64,000 nt of DNA from an uncultured Oscillospiraceae bacterium (GCA_902465155.1 CABQLY010000011.1:1483-65482); one strand, 5' to 3'. Counted from the first letter of the stretch, positions 19,784 through 27,940 are shown. Notes: generated by a model from the sequence alone, not told the origin. A program made the numbers and translations.

Positions 19784-19819
19784 AATGCAAGCTTGCATTT
19801 GTTTTTTGTTTTGTGAAAT

Positions 19820-22159
19820 TTATTTCTTGTTTTGTAAAATTTCGGCCAGCTTGCCGGCTAAAGAGTTTGCGTTGGCAATGTGCGATTCCGGCAACGGGTG
19901 CCCGTTAGTGGTTTCGGCCGTCCAGCCGCGTACCTGTTTCCAATAATAGGTGTTGCCGTCTTTGGCGGCAAATTCCTCTACCGCCTGTTGAAAGTACTCG
20001 TTGCCGCCGGTAGCCATAATTTCGTAGCCCCAAACAATGGTGGCGTTGGGCCGCGCCGCGCGTACCTGAGCCATTAGTTCTTTCATGCCTTTCATCAATC
20101 CGGCACGGTCATCTCGGGTGCCGGGTTCGTCGTTGGTGCCCAGCGAGATTACAACAACATCGGGCTGGCGGTCGGCTTCAAAATCCCATGTAGAGGTTAA
20201 ATTGCCGTATAACGCACGCTTGTAATATTCGCCGGCCAGTTTGTTGGCTTTATTTTCGCCCGGGTTTACAACATAGGCCGAGCCGCCGGCTTTAGAAACA
20301 ATAGAAACATCGGCGCCTAAGGCCTGCGCGGTAAGCTCGGCAAAGCTTTTGGTAACATTTTGGCGAAGTAATTCATCGGCCGGTGGGTTATCTTTTTTGT
20401 AAAGGTCGCAGCCGCTGGTAACCGAATCGCCAATGACTTCAATATACAAATTGGCGTCGGCCGGTTTTTCGGTTAACTTACCGTTAAAGGAAAGGCCGGT
20501 TACGGTTAGCTGCAATTGCTCGTTGGCTCCGCACTCGGTTGCCTTTAACAGCTGAATGTTGTGCAGGCCTGGGGTTAAATTCTCGGCAATTTTGTAGGTG
20601 CCGCTTTGCTTGGCTAAAATTTCTTTGGCGTTTTCAAAATCGCCGTCTACAATACCGTACAGCAGCAAGCCGCTTTTCTGCTGGGTTGTAATTTCAACAT
20701 CGCCCTTAAAGGTTCCGCGAATTTCAAACCCGGTGCCGGCGTAATCCATTTTAACGCTGTTGCCATCCATTACGGTGCGGCCGTGGAATTTAACATTGTC
20801 TTTAATTTGGCCTACCGTTGTAGCAGTTGGCAGGTAAACTGCGCCTCTAACCTTCAAATTATTCCACCCTGCAATCACCTGCGCCGTTAAAGCGGCGTCC
20901 TTTAAATCTACCTTGCCGTCTAAGCTAACATCGGCCGTTTCGCCAAGGGTTACCTTGTTGCCCAGCGCGTTTTGAACCAAGGCAAGCACATCTTTTAAAT
21001 CGGTGCTGCCGTCGCCGTTCGCGTCCCCGGCGGTGCTGTAAAGCACCTTTTGCAAAAAGGGTGTTAAAACATTTGCCGCAGCGGCCTGCTGCGCGGTGTT
21101 TGGGTGGCCGTGGCCGCCGCTGGTGCCCTTGGGCAGCTGCACGCTGTAAATGTTGCCGTCGCCGTTTTCGTAAAACGAGGTTACGGCGTGCGAAATTAAG
21201 GCTTTCATGTTGCTGGAATCGTTCATCATGCCGTAGGCCAAAACAATGGCGGAGTCGGGGTGCTGCTCACGAATTTTTTGCAAAAAGGCAACAAATTCGG
21301 TTTTAAGCTTTTCAAGCCCGCCCGCAACGCTTAATTGGCTTAGGTCGTTGGTGCCAAGGTTTACAACCGTAACATCGGCATTTTTGTTGTAGGCAAAGCC
21401 GTCTAACAGCTTCATCATATTATTGTTGGTGTTGCCGTTTGAATCGGCGTAAAACCCAATGCCGGCGTAGGCAAAAATGTTGTAATTGGCTTTTAAGACC
21501 TCGGCGGTTAAGTAGGCGTAAGCCTGCGTACCGTTGGAATAATTTACCCAGTTATCGTTATTGGGAATGGTATCGGTGCCGTAGCCCACGGTAATGCTGT
21601 CGCCGTAAAAATCAATTGCCAGGCTGCGGGTGTTTTCGGTTTTAAGGTAGCTGCCGTTAATCAGCACGCCCTGCACCTTAAAGCTGCCAACATTCTCCTG
21701 CGTGGCGCGCACAATTTTAACGGTATGTACCCCTTTTTCAAGGCCGGTTAAAATTTCAACCTCTTTGCCGGTTTCGCGCCCGGTTACATCTAAGGTGTTG
21801 GCCAGCTTGCCGTCAGCAAAAACGGCGTAGCGAACAACGCTGGGAACTTGGTTAATTTGCCCGGCGGAAAAATCCAGCTTGGCCCAAACGCTGCCCTCGC
21901 AGTAGGCTTTAAACTCTAAGGCGTCCCCGGTAAAGCAAAGCTGCAGGCCGTTGCTTGTAAGCTTTGCAGCGCCAAGGGTGTATAAATAACCGCCCTTTTG
22001 CAGCTGCTTTGGCGTAACATAGCCGGTAAGGCCGCCGTCTAACTCGCCAACATCAATGTCTACATCGGTTCCGGTAAAACCGCAGCAGGCGGTAATAGCC
22101 AAAACCAGCGCTAAAATTAGCGCCAAAAACTTTTTTGAATTTTTGAACAAAAACATCAT
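19820..22159 (-). CDS. Lipoprotein with two tandem CE2-like modules (beta-sandwich plus SGNH esterase) separated by an internal type-I dockerin
   Basis: Signal peptide with lipobox (LVLAITAC). GDS blocks FYGDSITVGYG and VIGDSVTSG. GTND blocks VNLGTNDL and ISLGTNDE. His blocks GGHGHPN and NGHPLPESH. Dockerin repeats GDANGDGSTDLKDVLAL and DVSLDGKVDLKDAAL fall at 20867-21028. The promoter at 22186-22214 excludes the track start at 22195, so I use ATG 22159 or 22156. Confidence 0.8.
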   Translation of the reverse strand: MMFLFKNSKKFLALILALVLAITACCGFTGTDVDIDVGELDGGLTGYVTPKQLQKGGYLYTLGAAKLTSNGLQLCFTGDALEFKAYCEGSVWAKLDFSAGQINQVPSVVRYAVFADGKLANTLDVTGRETGKEVEILTGLEKGVHTVKIVRATQENVGSFKVQGVLINGSYLKTENTRSLAIDFYGDSITVGYGTDTIPNNDNWVNYSNGTQAYAYLTAEVLKANYNIFAYAGIGFYADSNGNTNNNMMKLLDGFAYNKNADVTVVNLGTNDLSQLSVAGGLEKLKTEFVAFLQKIREQHPDSAIVLAYGMMNDSSNMKALISHAVTSFYENGDGNIYSVQLPKGTSGGHGHPNTAQQAAAANVLTPFLQKVLYSTAGDANGDGSTDLKDVLALVQNALGNKVTLGETADVSLDGKVDLKDAALTAQVIAGWNNLKVRGAVYLPTATTVGQIKDNVKFHGRTVMDGNSVKMDYAGTGFEIRGTFKGDVEITTQQKSGLLLYGIVDGDFENAKEILAKQSGTYKIAENLTPGLHNIQLLKATECGANEQLQLTVTGLSFNGKLTEKPADANLYIEVIGDSVTSGCDLYKKDNPPADELLRQNVTKSFAELTAQALGADVSIVSKAGGSAYVVNPGENKANKLAGEYYKRALYGNLTSTWDFEADRQPDVVVISLGTNDEPGTRDDRAGLMKGMKELMAQVRAARPNATIVWGYEIMATGGNEYFQQAVEEFAAKDGNTYYWKQVRGWTAETTNGHPLPESHIANANSLAGKLAEILQNKK

Positions 22160-22185
22160 CCCCAATTTAATAATATTACAAAAAA

Positions 22186-22214
22186 AGTATAACACAGGTT
22201 TTTGTTGGTGTCAA
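22186..22214 (-). promoter_or_regulatory. Sigma-A promoter of the esterase gene
   Basis: Minus strand: TTGACA (22209-22214), 17-nt spacer, TATACT (22186-22191). Confidence 0.55.
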
Positions 22215-22284
22215 TGTACAAAAAATTCGTTTTTTATTGCAAAATTTAAGGTTTTAATTAAAAAGAACAAAAAGCAAAAGAAAA

Positions 22285-22318
22285 CCCCGGCTCTCTGCAA
22301 AGCTGCAGGGAGCCGGGG
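22285..22318 (-). terminator. Strong hairpin terminator (possibly bidirectional)
   Basis: CCCCGGCTCTCTGCA-AAGC-TGCAGGGAGCCGGGG. In minus sense it is followed by UUUUCUUUUGCUUUUUG. In plus sense the single imperfect position becomes a G.U pair, and the hairpin is followed by a U-rich repeat. Confidence 0.75.
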
Positions 22319-22320
22319 TT

Positions 22321-22390
22321 ATGGTTTTGTATTTATGGTTTTGTATTTATGGTTTTGTATTTATGGTTTTGTATTTATGGTTTTGTATAC
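22321..22390. repeat. Perfect tandem repeat, 14 bp x 5 (ATGGTTTTGTATTT)
   Basis: Units at 22321, 22335, 22349, 22363 and 22377. Only the last two bases of the fifth copy differ. Confidence 0.95.
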
Positions 22391-22458
22391 ATTATATAAA
22401 GGTAAACCAATGCCGCTGTGCCGCAACCCGGTTGCCGTGTTTTTAAGGCGTGCGCCTT

Positions 22459-22724
22459 AAAAGGGCAACAAACAAAAAAGCGCCGTTATTTTGCCCTTTT
22501 AGGCAGGCTCCGGCTGCACAGGCTATGTTGAACTGCATTTAGCCGCAATTGTTTGGCGGCGGTGCGGCTTGTTCCTGCCCTGCCGTAATCGGTAATTAAT
22601 AACCTGCAAAATAAAGCAGGTGGGTGACCGCCCCACGGTTTCGCGCTCCCTTCTTCCGGCAGGGGTCGGCAAAACGCCGCCCGTGTCGGGAGGTCTGCAA
22701 GCCTGCCGCGGGAGAAAGGCCCCC
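22459..22724 (-). ncRNA. Candidate structured non-coding RNA of unknown family (about 260 nt)
   Basis: A GC-rich island in AT-rich non-coding DNA with many perfect helices in minus sense. Closing helix: GGCAGGCU (22707-22700) with AGCCUGCC (22509-22502). Others: CCCUGCCG/CGGCAGGG, GGCGGCG/CGCCGCC (possible pseudoknot), GUGGG/CCCAC, ACCUGC/GCAGGU, AGCCGCA/UGCGGCU, GGCUA/UAGCC and the hairpin GGGCGGC-GUUUU-GCCGACCC. It ends in a GGGCAA...UUGCCC-UUUU hairpin. Two G.U pairs favour the minus strand. No credible ORF is present. Confidence 0.35.
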
Positions 22725-22951
22725 TAATTAAAAACTTGTAGGGTTATAATGTCCGAATAAGCGCACAGGGAAGGAACAGCGGTTTACAAAGCTAAAATAG
22801 CGGCCTAAATAAACCAAACAGGAAACAGGGGGCTTTGGGCCACCGCTGTAAAAGGCGGCCGAAAAATGCGGCCAAAGGCTTTGTTGCCGGCGCGGCCCTT
22901 TGCCCGGTTTATTTTTGCTGCGCCCTTTTGCCCGGTTTATTGGCAAGGGGG

Positions 22952-23254
22952 TTATTCTTCCTCAATATCGTAATCGTCCTGCAAACGGTCAATAAACAAA
23001 TCGGCAATGGTTTCGTACTCGTCGTCATCGGCAATGTCCTCAAAATACTCGTCGCCGTTTTCGTCCTCCTGCACCTTAACCAAAACAAGGTCGCCGCTGT
23101 CGTCCAGCTTTTCCTGCGGGTCGGAAAAATAGGGCACCATGGCCAAATACCGGCCGGTATCGGTTTCAATGGCGTCTAAAATCTCAAAAGAGTAGCTTTT
23201 GCCGTCGTCATCGGTTAGGGTTACAATGTCGTTGCCGTATTCTTCGTTCGTCAT
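22952..23254 (-). CDS. DUF1292-family small acidic protein (YrzB-like)
   Basis: ATG at 23254, 8 nt after AGGAG; the track start at 23263 is a GTG inside the SD. MTNEEYGNDIVTLTDDDGKSYSFEILDAIETDTGRYLAMVP... with an acidic tail is typical of DUF1292. Confidence 0.8.
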   Translation of the reverse strand: MTNEEYGNDIVTLTDDDGKSYSFEILDAIETDTGRYLAMVPYFSDPQEKLDDSGDLVLVKVQEDENGDEYFEDIADDDEYETIADLFIDRLQDDYDIEEE

Positions 23255-23283
23255 CTTTCTCACTCCTGTTGTTCTCTGCTTTT

Positions 23284-23312
23284 ATTGTACCCGTTTTTGC
23301 AAAAATAGTCAA
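23284..23312 (-). promoter_or_regulatory. Sigma-A promoter of the DUF1292 gene
   Basis: Minus strand: TTGACT (23307-23312), 17-nt spacer containing the palindrome TTTTTGCAAAAA, TACAAT (23284-23289). Confidence 0.55.
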
Positions 23313-23414
23313 GATGAAATTAAGCGGGAATTCGGCGAGCTCCAAGTGGCACGGGTTTTACGCCTAAAAAATGTTGTTTTATGATTATTTTGTTTTGTTT
23401 TTGTTGTTTTGGGC

Positions 23415-23443
23415 TTGACAATTACCTGTGTTTGTACTAAAAT
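23415..23443 (+). promoter_or_regulatory. Sigma-A promoter P1 of the microcompartment locus
   Basis: TTGACA (23415-23420), 17-nt spacer, TAAAAT (23438-23443). TGTTGTTTTAT motif upstream at 23372-23382. Confidence 0.65.
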
Positions 23444-23449
23444 GTACTT

Positions 23450-23654
23450 GAGAAGTTAGGCTTAAAGCTTGGCACAGGGGCTAAACCCGCCGGCCGAGGT
23501 AAGGCAAAGCCAAACGGGCCGGTTAAAATAAGCCGAATTTTATAAGCCAACCTTTTATAAGCCAACCTAATAAGATAAGCCGAATTTAGAAAGCTAAACT
23601 TTGCAAGCTAAGCTTAGGGCTGCAAAGCCTGTTATTTTTACGGAGGGGATTTTT
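23450..23654 (+). promoter_or_regulatory. Leader of about 205 nt for the GRE operon, containing a degenerate 14-15-nt repeat array
   Basis: Repeats ATAAGCCGAATTTT / ATAAGCCAACCTTTT / ATAAGCCAACCTA / ATAAG-ATAAGCCGAATTT / AGAAAGCTAAACTTT / GCAAGCTAAGCTT at 23528-23615. A weak GGCT-GCAA-AGCC hairpin plus T-run follows at 23618-23639. SD GGAGGGG at 23642-23648. Confidence 0.45.
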
Positions 23655-26189
23655 ATGCCTCATTATCATTATTATACCGAAATTCCTGCAAAAAGCCCGC
23701 GTATTCAAAAGCTGATTGACCATTTATATGCCAAAATGCCGGAAATTGAGGCGGACCGCGCCGTTTTGCTGACCGAGGTTTACAAAAAAACCGAGGGCGA
23801 GCCGATTATTACCCGCCGGGCCAAAGCTTTTGCCGAAATTTGCAAAAAGTTGCCTATTACCATTCGCCCGTTGGAGCTAATTGTTGGCAGCAACGCTGTG
23901 CATCCGCGCAGCTGCCAGGTGTTTCCCGAGTTTTCGTTTGAATGGTTAGAGGGGGAGTTTAACACCATTGAGCACCGCAAGGCCGACCCGTTTTACATAT
24001 CGGAGCAAACCAAGCAGACCTTAAAAGAGGTTTACCAATACTGGGCGGGCAAAACCACCAGCGACCTTGCCACCTCGCTAATGTGCGAGGGCGCCAAAAC
24101 CGCCATGGCGCACAACATTTTTACCCCGGGCAACTACTTTTACAACGGCATTGGGCATGTAACCGTAAATTACGCCGAGGTGCTGGCCGTAGGGTTTGAG
24201 GGCATTATGCAAAAAGCGCGCAAGGCCTTGGCGCAGCTAAGCCCGGCCGACGCCGATTTTGCCCCGCGGGACGCCTTTTTGCGCGCCGTGCTGCTAAGCT
24301 GCGAGGCGGCCTGCGGCTACGCCGAGCGCTACGCCCGGCTGGCGCTGCAGCTGTTAGAGCAGGAAAGCGACCCCGAGCGCAAGCGGGAGCTGGCCCTAAT
24401 TGCCCAAAACTGCGCCAATGTGCCGCGGCACGGCGCCAAAAGCTTTTACGAGGCCTGTCAGTCGTTTTGGTTTGTGCAAATGCTGCTGCAAACCGAGTCC
24501 AGCGGCCATTCTATTTCGCCCGGGCGGTTTGACCAATACATGTACCCCTATTTTAAGGCGGATTTAGAAAAAGGGCTGATTAACCACGCCTTTGCGCAGG
24601 AATTAATGGACTGCATTTGGGTAAAGCTGAACGACCTAAACAAAGCGCGGGACGCGGCCTCGTCGGAGGGGTTTGCGGGGTACAGCCTGTTTCAAAATTT
24701 AATTGCCGGCGGCCAAACGCCGGAGGGGCTGGACGCCACCAACGACCTTTCGTTTATGTGCCTGAACGCCTCTATTCATGTGCAGCTGCCGCAGCCTTCG
24801 CTTTCGGTTCGGGTTTGGAACTGCACCCCGCACGAATTTATGCTGCGGGCGGCCGAGCTAACCCGCACCGGCGTTGGGTTGCCGGCTTATTATAACGACG
24901 AAGTGATTATTCCCTCGCTGTTAAACCGCGGGCTAAGCATGGAGGACGCGCGCGATTACAACATTATTGGCTGTGTAGAGCCGCAAAAGGCCGGCAAAAC
25001 CGACGGCTGGCACGACGCCGCGTTTTTTAATATGTGCCGCCCGCTGGAGATGGTTTTTTCCAACGGCTGCGAGCTGGGGCAAAGGGTTGGCGTGCAGTCG
25101 GGCGAGATTGCCGAGCTAAACACCTTTGAAAAATTTTTGGCGGCCTACAAGCAGCAAATGGAATATTTTATTGAAATGCTGGTAAACGCCGATAACGCCA
25201 TTGATTACGCCCACATGAAGCGCTGCCCGCTGCCGTTTCTTTCCGCCATGGTGGAGGATTGTATTGGCCGCGGAAAATCGGTTCAAGAGGGGGGCGCGGT
25301 TTACAACTTTACCGGCCCGCAGGGCTTTGGTATTGCCAACATGGCCGATTCCCTTTGGGCGGTTAAAACCTTGGTGTACGAGCAAAAAAAGTACACCCTT
25401 GCCCAGTTTAAAGAGGCACTGGCAAACAACTTTGGCGAGCCAATGTCGAACCTGCAGGCGCAAAACTTAACCACGCTGATTGTAGAGCAAATGCAAAGCG
25501 CCGGCAAAACGGCCACCAAGGCCCAAATTGCCGAGATTTTTACCGGCCTAAAGCAAAACCGCACCCCGGCAGGTAAAAAGGCCTTTTACAACCAATTAAA
25601 AGGGGATATTGAGGCGCTGCCCAAGTACGGCAACGATGTGCCGGAGGTTGATTTATTTGCCCGGCAGATTGCCTACACCTACTCAAAGCCCCTGCAGCGC
25701 TATAAAAACCCGCGCGGCGGCAGCTTTCAAGCGGGGCTGTACCCCGTTTCAGCCAATGTGCCGCTGGGCGCGCAAACCGGCGCCACGCCGGACGGCCGGC
25801 TGGCCGGCACTCCGGTAGCCGACGGTGTTTCCCCGGCGGCGGGGCGGGATGTAAACGGGCCGACCGCCTCCTGCAACTCGGTTGCAAAGTTAGACCACTA
25901 CATTGTTTCGAACGGAACGCTGTTTAACATGAAATTCCACCCCAGCGCCTTAAAGGGCCAAAGCGGGCTGGAAAGCTTTGTGGCCTTAGTGCGCGGCTAT
26001 TTTGACCAAAAGGGCAGCCACATGCAGTTTAATGTTGTAAGCCGCGAAACCCTGTTAGAGGCGCAAAAGCACCCCGAAAAGTACCGCTCGTTAGTGGTAC
26101 GCGTGGCGGGGTACAGCGCGCTGTTTACCACCCTTTCCCGCTCGCTGCAGGACGATATTATTAACCGCACCGAGCAACAGGGCTTTTAA
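23655..26189 (+). CDS. Glycyl radical enzyme (PFL-fold), probable B12-independent 1,2-propanediol dehydratase
   Basis: Start MPHYHYY at 23655; the track start at 23601 lies inside the leader. Glycyl loop VVRVAGYSALF near the C-terminus, Cys loop IIGCVEP. The substrate is inferred only from the aldolase/PduP/PduL/BMC context. Confidence 0.9.
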   Translation: MPHYHYYTEIPAKSPRIQKLIDHLYAKMPEIEADRAVLLTEVYKKTEGEPIITRRAKAFAEICKKLPITIRPLELIVGSNAVHPRSCQVFPEFSFEWLEGEFNTIEHRKADPFYISEQTKQTLKEVYQYWAGKTTSDLATSLMCEGAKTAMAHNIFTPGNYFYNGIGHVTVNYAEVLAVGFEGIMQKARKALAQLSPADADFAPRDAFLRAVLLSCEAACGYAERYARLALQLLEQESDPERKRELALIAQNCANVPRHGAKSFYEACQSFWFVQMLLQTESSGHSISPGRFDQYMYPYFKADLEKGLINHAFAQELMDCIWVKLNDLNKARDAASSEGFAGYSLFQNLIAGGQTPEGLDATNDLSFMCLNASIHVQLPQPSLSVRVWNCTPHEFMLRAAELTRTGVGLPAYYNDEVIIPSLLNRGLSMEDARDYNIIGCVEPQKAGKTDGWHDAAFFNMCRPLEMVFSNGCELGQRVGVQSGEIAELNTFEKFLAAYKQQMEYFIEMLVNADNAIDYAHMKRCPLPFLSAMVEDCIGRGKSVQEGGAVYNFTGPQGFGIANMADSLWAVKTLVYEQKKYTLAQFKEALANNFGEPMSNLQAQNLTTLIVEQMQSAGKTATKAQIAEIFTGLKQNRTPAGKKAFYNQLKGDIEALPKYGNDVPEVDLFARQIAYTYSKPLQRYKNPRGGSFQAGLYPVSANVPLGAQTGATPDGRLAGTPVADGVSPAAGRDVNGPTASCNSVAKLDHYIVSNGTLFNMKFHPSALKGQSGLESFVALVRGYFDQKGSHMQFNVVSRETLLEAQKHPEKYRSLVVRVAGYSALFTTLSRSLQDDIINRTEQQGF

Positions 26190-26200
26190 AGGGGTACGGT

Positions 26201-26989
26201 ATGCAAAACTACTTACAAACCACCGGCCGAATTTTTAACATACAAAAATTCTCGGTGCACGACGGGCCGGGTATTCGCACCATTGTGTTTTTAAAAGGGT
26301 GTGTGCTGCGCTGCCGCTGGTGCTGCAATCCCGAATCGCAGCACTACGAAATAGAGCAAATGGAGCAGGGCGGAAAGCTGAAAACCGTTGGGCGGGATGT
26401 TACCGTGCAGCAGGTAATGGACGAAGTATTAAAAGACCGCATTTACTACCGCCGCTCGGGCGGGGGGTTGACCCTTTCGGGCGGGGAGTGCCTTTGTCAG
26501 CCGGAGTTTTCGGCCGCACTGCTGCGGGCCGCGCAGGAAAGCGGGCTGAATACCGCTATTGAATCTACCGCCTGTGCCCCCATGGAAACCATTCGTCGGC
26601 TGCTGCCGTATTTAGACCATTATTTAATGGATATTAAGCACATTGACCGCGAAAAGCATAAGCGTTTTACCACGCGGGATAATGACCTGATTTTGCAAAA
26701 TGCCGCGCTGCTGGCTAAAGAGGCCCGGCACCTAATTATTCGCGTGCCGGTGGTGCCCGGATTTAACGACACCGAAAGCGAAATTGCAGGCATTGCCCGC
26801 TTTACCGCCGGCATTTTACCGGGGGGTGAAATTCACCTGCTGCCGTACCACCGTTTAGGAACCGATAAATACCGCGGTTTAAATCGGGAATACACGCTGA
26901 GCGAAATTTTGCCGCCGCCGGATGAAAAAATGCAGCAGCTAAAGGCCGTTGCCGAGGGCTTTGGGCTGCGCTGCCAAATAGGGGGTTAA
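26201..26989 (+). CDS. Glycyl-radical enzyme activating protein (radical SAM)
   Basis: 262 aa. FSVHDGPGIRTIVFLKGCVLRCRWCCNPES contains the CX3CX2C cluster. It lies immediately downstream of the GRE. No extra ferredoxin-like Cys-rich insert and no terminal extension. Confidence 0.9.
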   Translation: MQNYLQTTGRIFNIQKFSVHDGPGIRTIVFLKGCVLRCRWCCNPESQHYEIEQMEQGGKLKTVGRDVTVQQVMDEVLKDRIYYRRSGGGLTLSGGECLCQPEFSAALLRAAQESGLNTAIESTACAPMETIRRLLPYLDHYLMDIKHIDREKHKRFTTRDNDLILQNAALLAKEARHLIIRVPVVPGFNDTESEIAGIARFTAGILPGGEIHLLPYHRLGTDKYRGLNREYTLSEILPPPDEKMQQLKAVAEGFGLRCQIGG

Positions 26990-26992
26990 AAA

Positions 26993-27367
26993 ATGAACGA
27001 TCCTACCTTACAAAATCGGGAAAAGACCCGCATTATTCAAGAGCTGGTTCCGGGCAAGCAAATTACGCTGGCGCATATTATTGCCAATCCCGATGAAATT
27101 CTTTACAAAAAGCTGGGACTGGATCCGGCCGGCGAGTACACCGCGGCTGCCATTGGCATTTTAACCATGTCGCCCGCCGAAACCGCCATTATAGCCGGGG
27201 ATATTGCCACCAAGGCCTCGGGCGCCGAGTTAGGATTTGTAGACCGCTTTAGCGGCACGCTGATTATTACCGGCTCGGTTTCGCAGGTGCAGGAGGCGGT
27301 TGCCGCCGTGGTACGCTACGCCGACGAGACCTTAGGCTTTACGGTTTGCCCCATTACCAAAACTTAA
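26993..27367 (+). CDS. pduU: BMC shell protein, PduU/EutS type (circularly permuted BMC-H)
   Basis: 124 aa. N-terminal extension, then EYTAAAIGILTMSPAETAIIAGDIATKASGAELGFVDRFSGTLIITGSVSQVQEAV. Confidence 0.8.
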   Translation: MNDPTLQNREKTRIIQELVPGKQITLAHIIANPDEILYKKLGLDPAGEYTAAAIGILTMSPAETAIIAGDIATKASGAELGFVDRFSGTLIITGSVSQVQEAVAAVVRYADETLGFTVCPITKT

Positions 27368-27368
27368 C

Positions 27369-27839
27369 ATGAACAAGGTGATTTTAATTGGCCGTTCGGG
27401 CAGCGGAAAAACCACCCTAACGCAGGCGCTGAAAAACGAGCCGATTGCCTACCGCAAAACGCAGGATGTTCAGTGGGGGGGATTTTTAATTGATACCCCC
27501 GGCGAGTACGCCGAATCCCGCCAGTTTGGCGCGGCTTTAGCGGTTTACAGCTACGAGAGCGACTTGGTTGGTTTGGTTCTGAGTGCTACCGAAAGCTACT
27601 CGCTTTACAGCCCTTGCATTACCTCGGCAGCAAACCGGTATGTGTTTGGTATTGTAACCAAAACCGACGCGCCAAACGCCAACCCCAGGCGGGCCGAGGA
27701 ATGGCTGCATCTGGCCGGCTGCCAGCGGGTGTTTTGCGTTAGCGCCAAAACCGGCAGCGGCTTGGCGCCGTTAAAAGAATTTATTGCGGCCTTTGACCCG
27801 AAAAGTTATTTTAAAAGCTTCATGCGGCGAAAAGGGTAG
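27369..27839 (+). CDS. pduV: EutP/PduV-family small GTPase
   Basis: 156 aa. P-loop LIGRSGSGKTTL and DTPGEY, with the typical size and position next to pduU. Confidence 0.85.
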   Translation: MNKVILIGRSGSGKTTLTQALKNEPIAYRKTQDVQWGGFLIDTPGEYAESRQFGAALAVYSYESDLVGLVLSATESYSLYSPCITSAANRYVFGIVTKTDAPNANPRRAEEWLHLAGCQRVFCVSAKTGSGLAPLKEFIAAFDPKSYFKSFMRRKG

Positions 27840-27901
27840 TGCGGCAGGCAAAAAAATGGATTTTTTGGGGTTGAATGTTTATAAAACACAGAAAAAACAA
27901 C

Positions 27902-27938
27902 ATAAAACAACAAAAACACAAAAAATATGTTGTTTTAT
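27902..27938. promoter_or_regulatory. Inverted repeat / candidate operator abutting promoter P2
   Basis: ATAAAACAACA (27902-27912) and TGTTGTTTTAT (27928-27938), 15 nt apart. The right arm is identical to the motif at 23372-23382 upstream of P1. A related CTTTGTTTTATGA lies inside the P2 spacer. Confidence 0.45.
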
Positions 27939-27940
27939 TG

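Noticed and set aside
22321-22390. Possible CRISPR array
   Set aside because: The units are directly adjacent 14-bp copies with no spacers, far shorter than CRISPR repeats, and there are no cas genes in the window.
22459-22724. Assigning the structured RNA candidate to SRP RNA, 6S RNA, tmRNA, RNase P or a cobalamin riboswitch
   Set aside because: The SRP helix-8 core (GUCAGGUCCGGAAGGAAGCAGC) is not present; only CCGGAAG matches. There is no GGAAAGUCCGG (RNase P) and no tRNA-like ends (tmRNA). AGCCGGAGCCUGCC loosely resembles a B12 box, but the GGUG...AAUCC...GCCACUG core is missing and the downstream gene is an esterase with its own promoter. I therefore left it unassigned.
22728-23179. Track ORFs 22728..22946 (-), 22835..23179 (+) and 22909..23169 (-) as genes
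   Set aside because: They overlap the DUF1292 gene or the repeat-rich non-coding region. They have no SD, and their Pro/Arg/Gly-rich translations are implausible.
23601-23654. Upstream starts given by the track for the GRE (23601), ftsY (55393), the GT-C gene (2639), rsmE (6904), the PucR gene (18130) and the esterase (22195)
   Set aside because: The extensions overlap neighbouring genes, lie inside mapped leaders, or precede the predicted transcription start. Internal starts with proper SD spacing give N-termini typical of each family.
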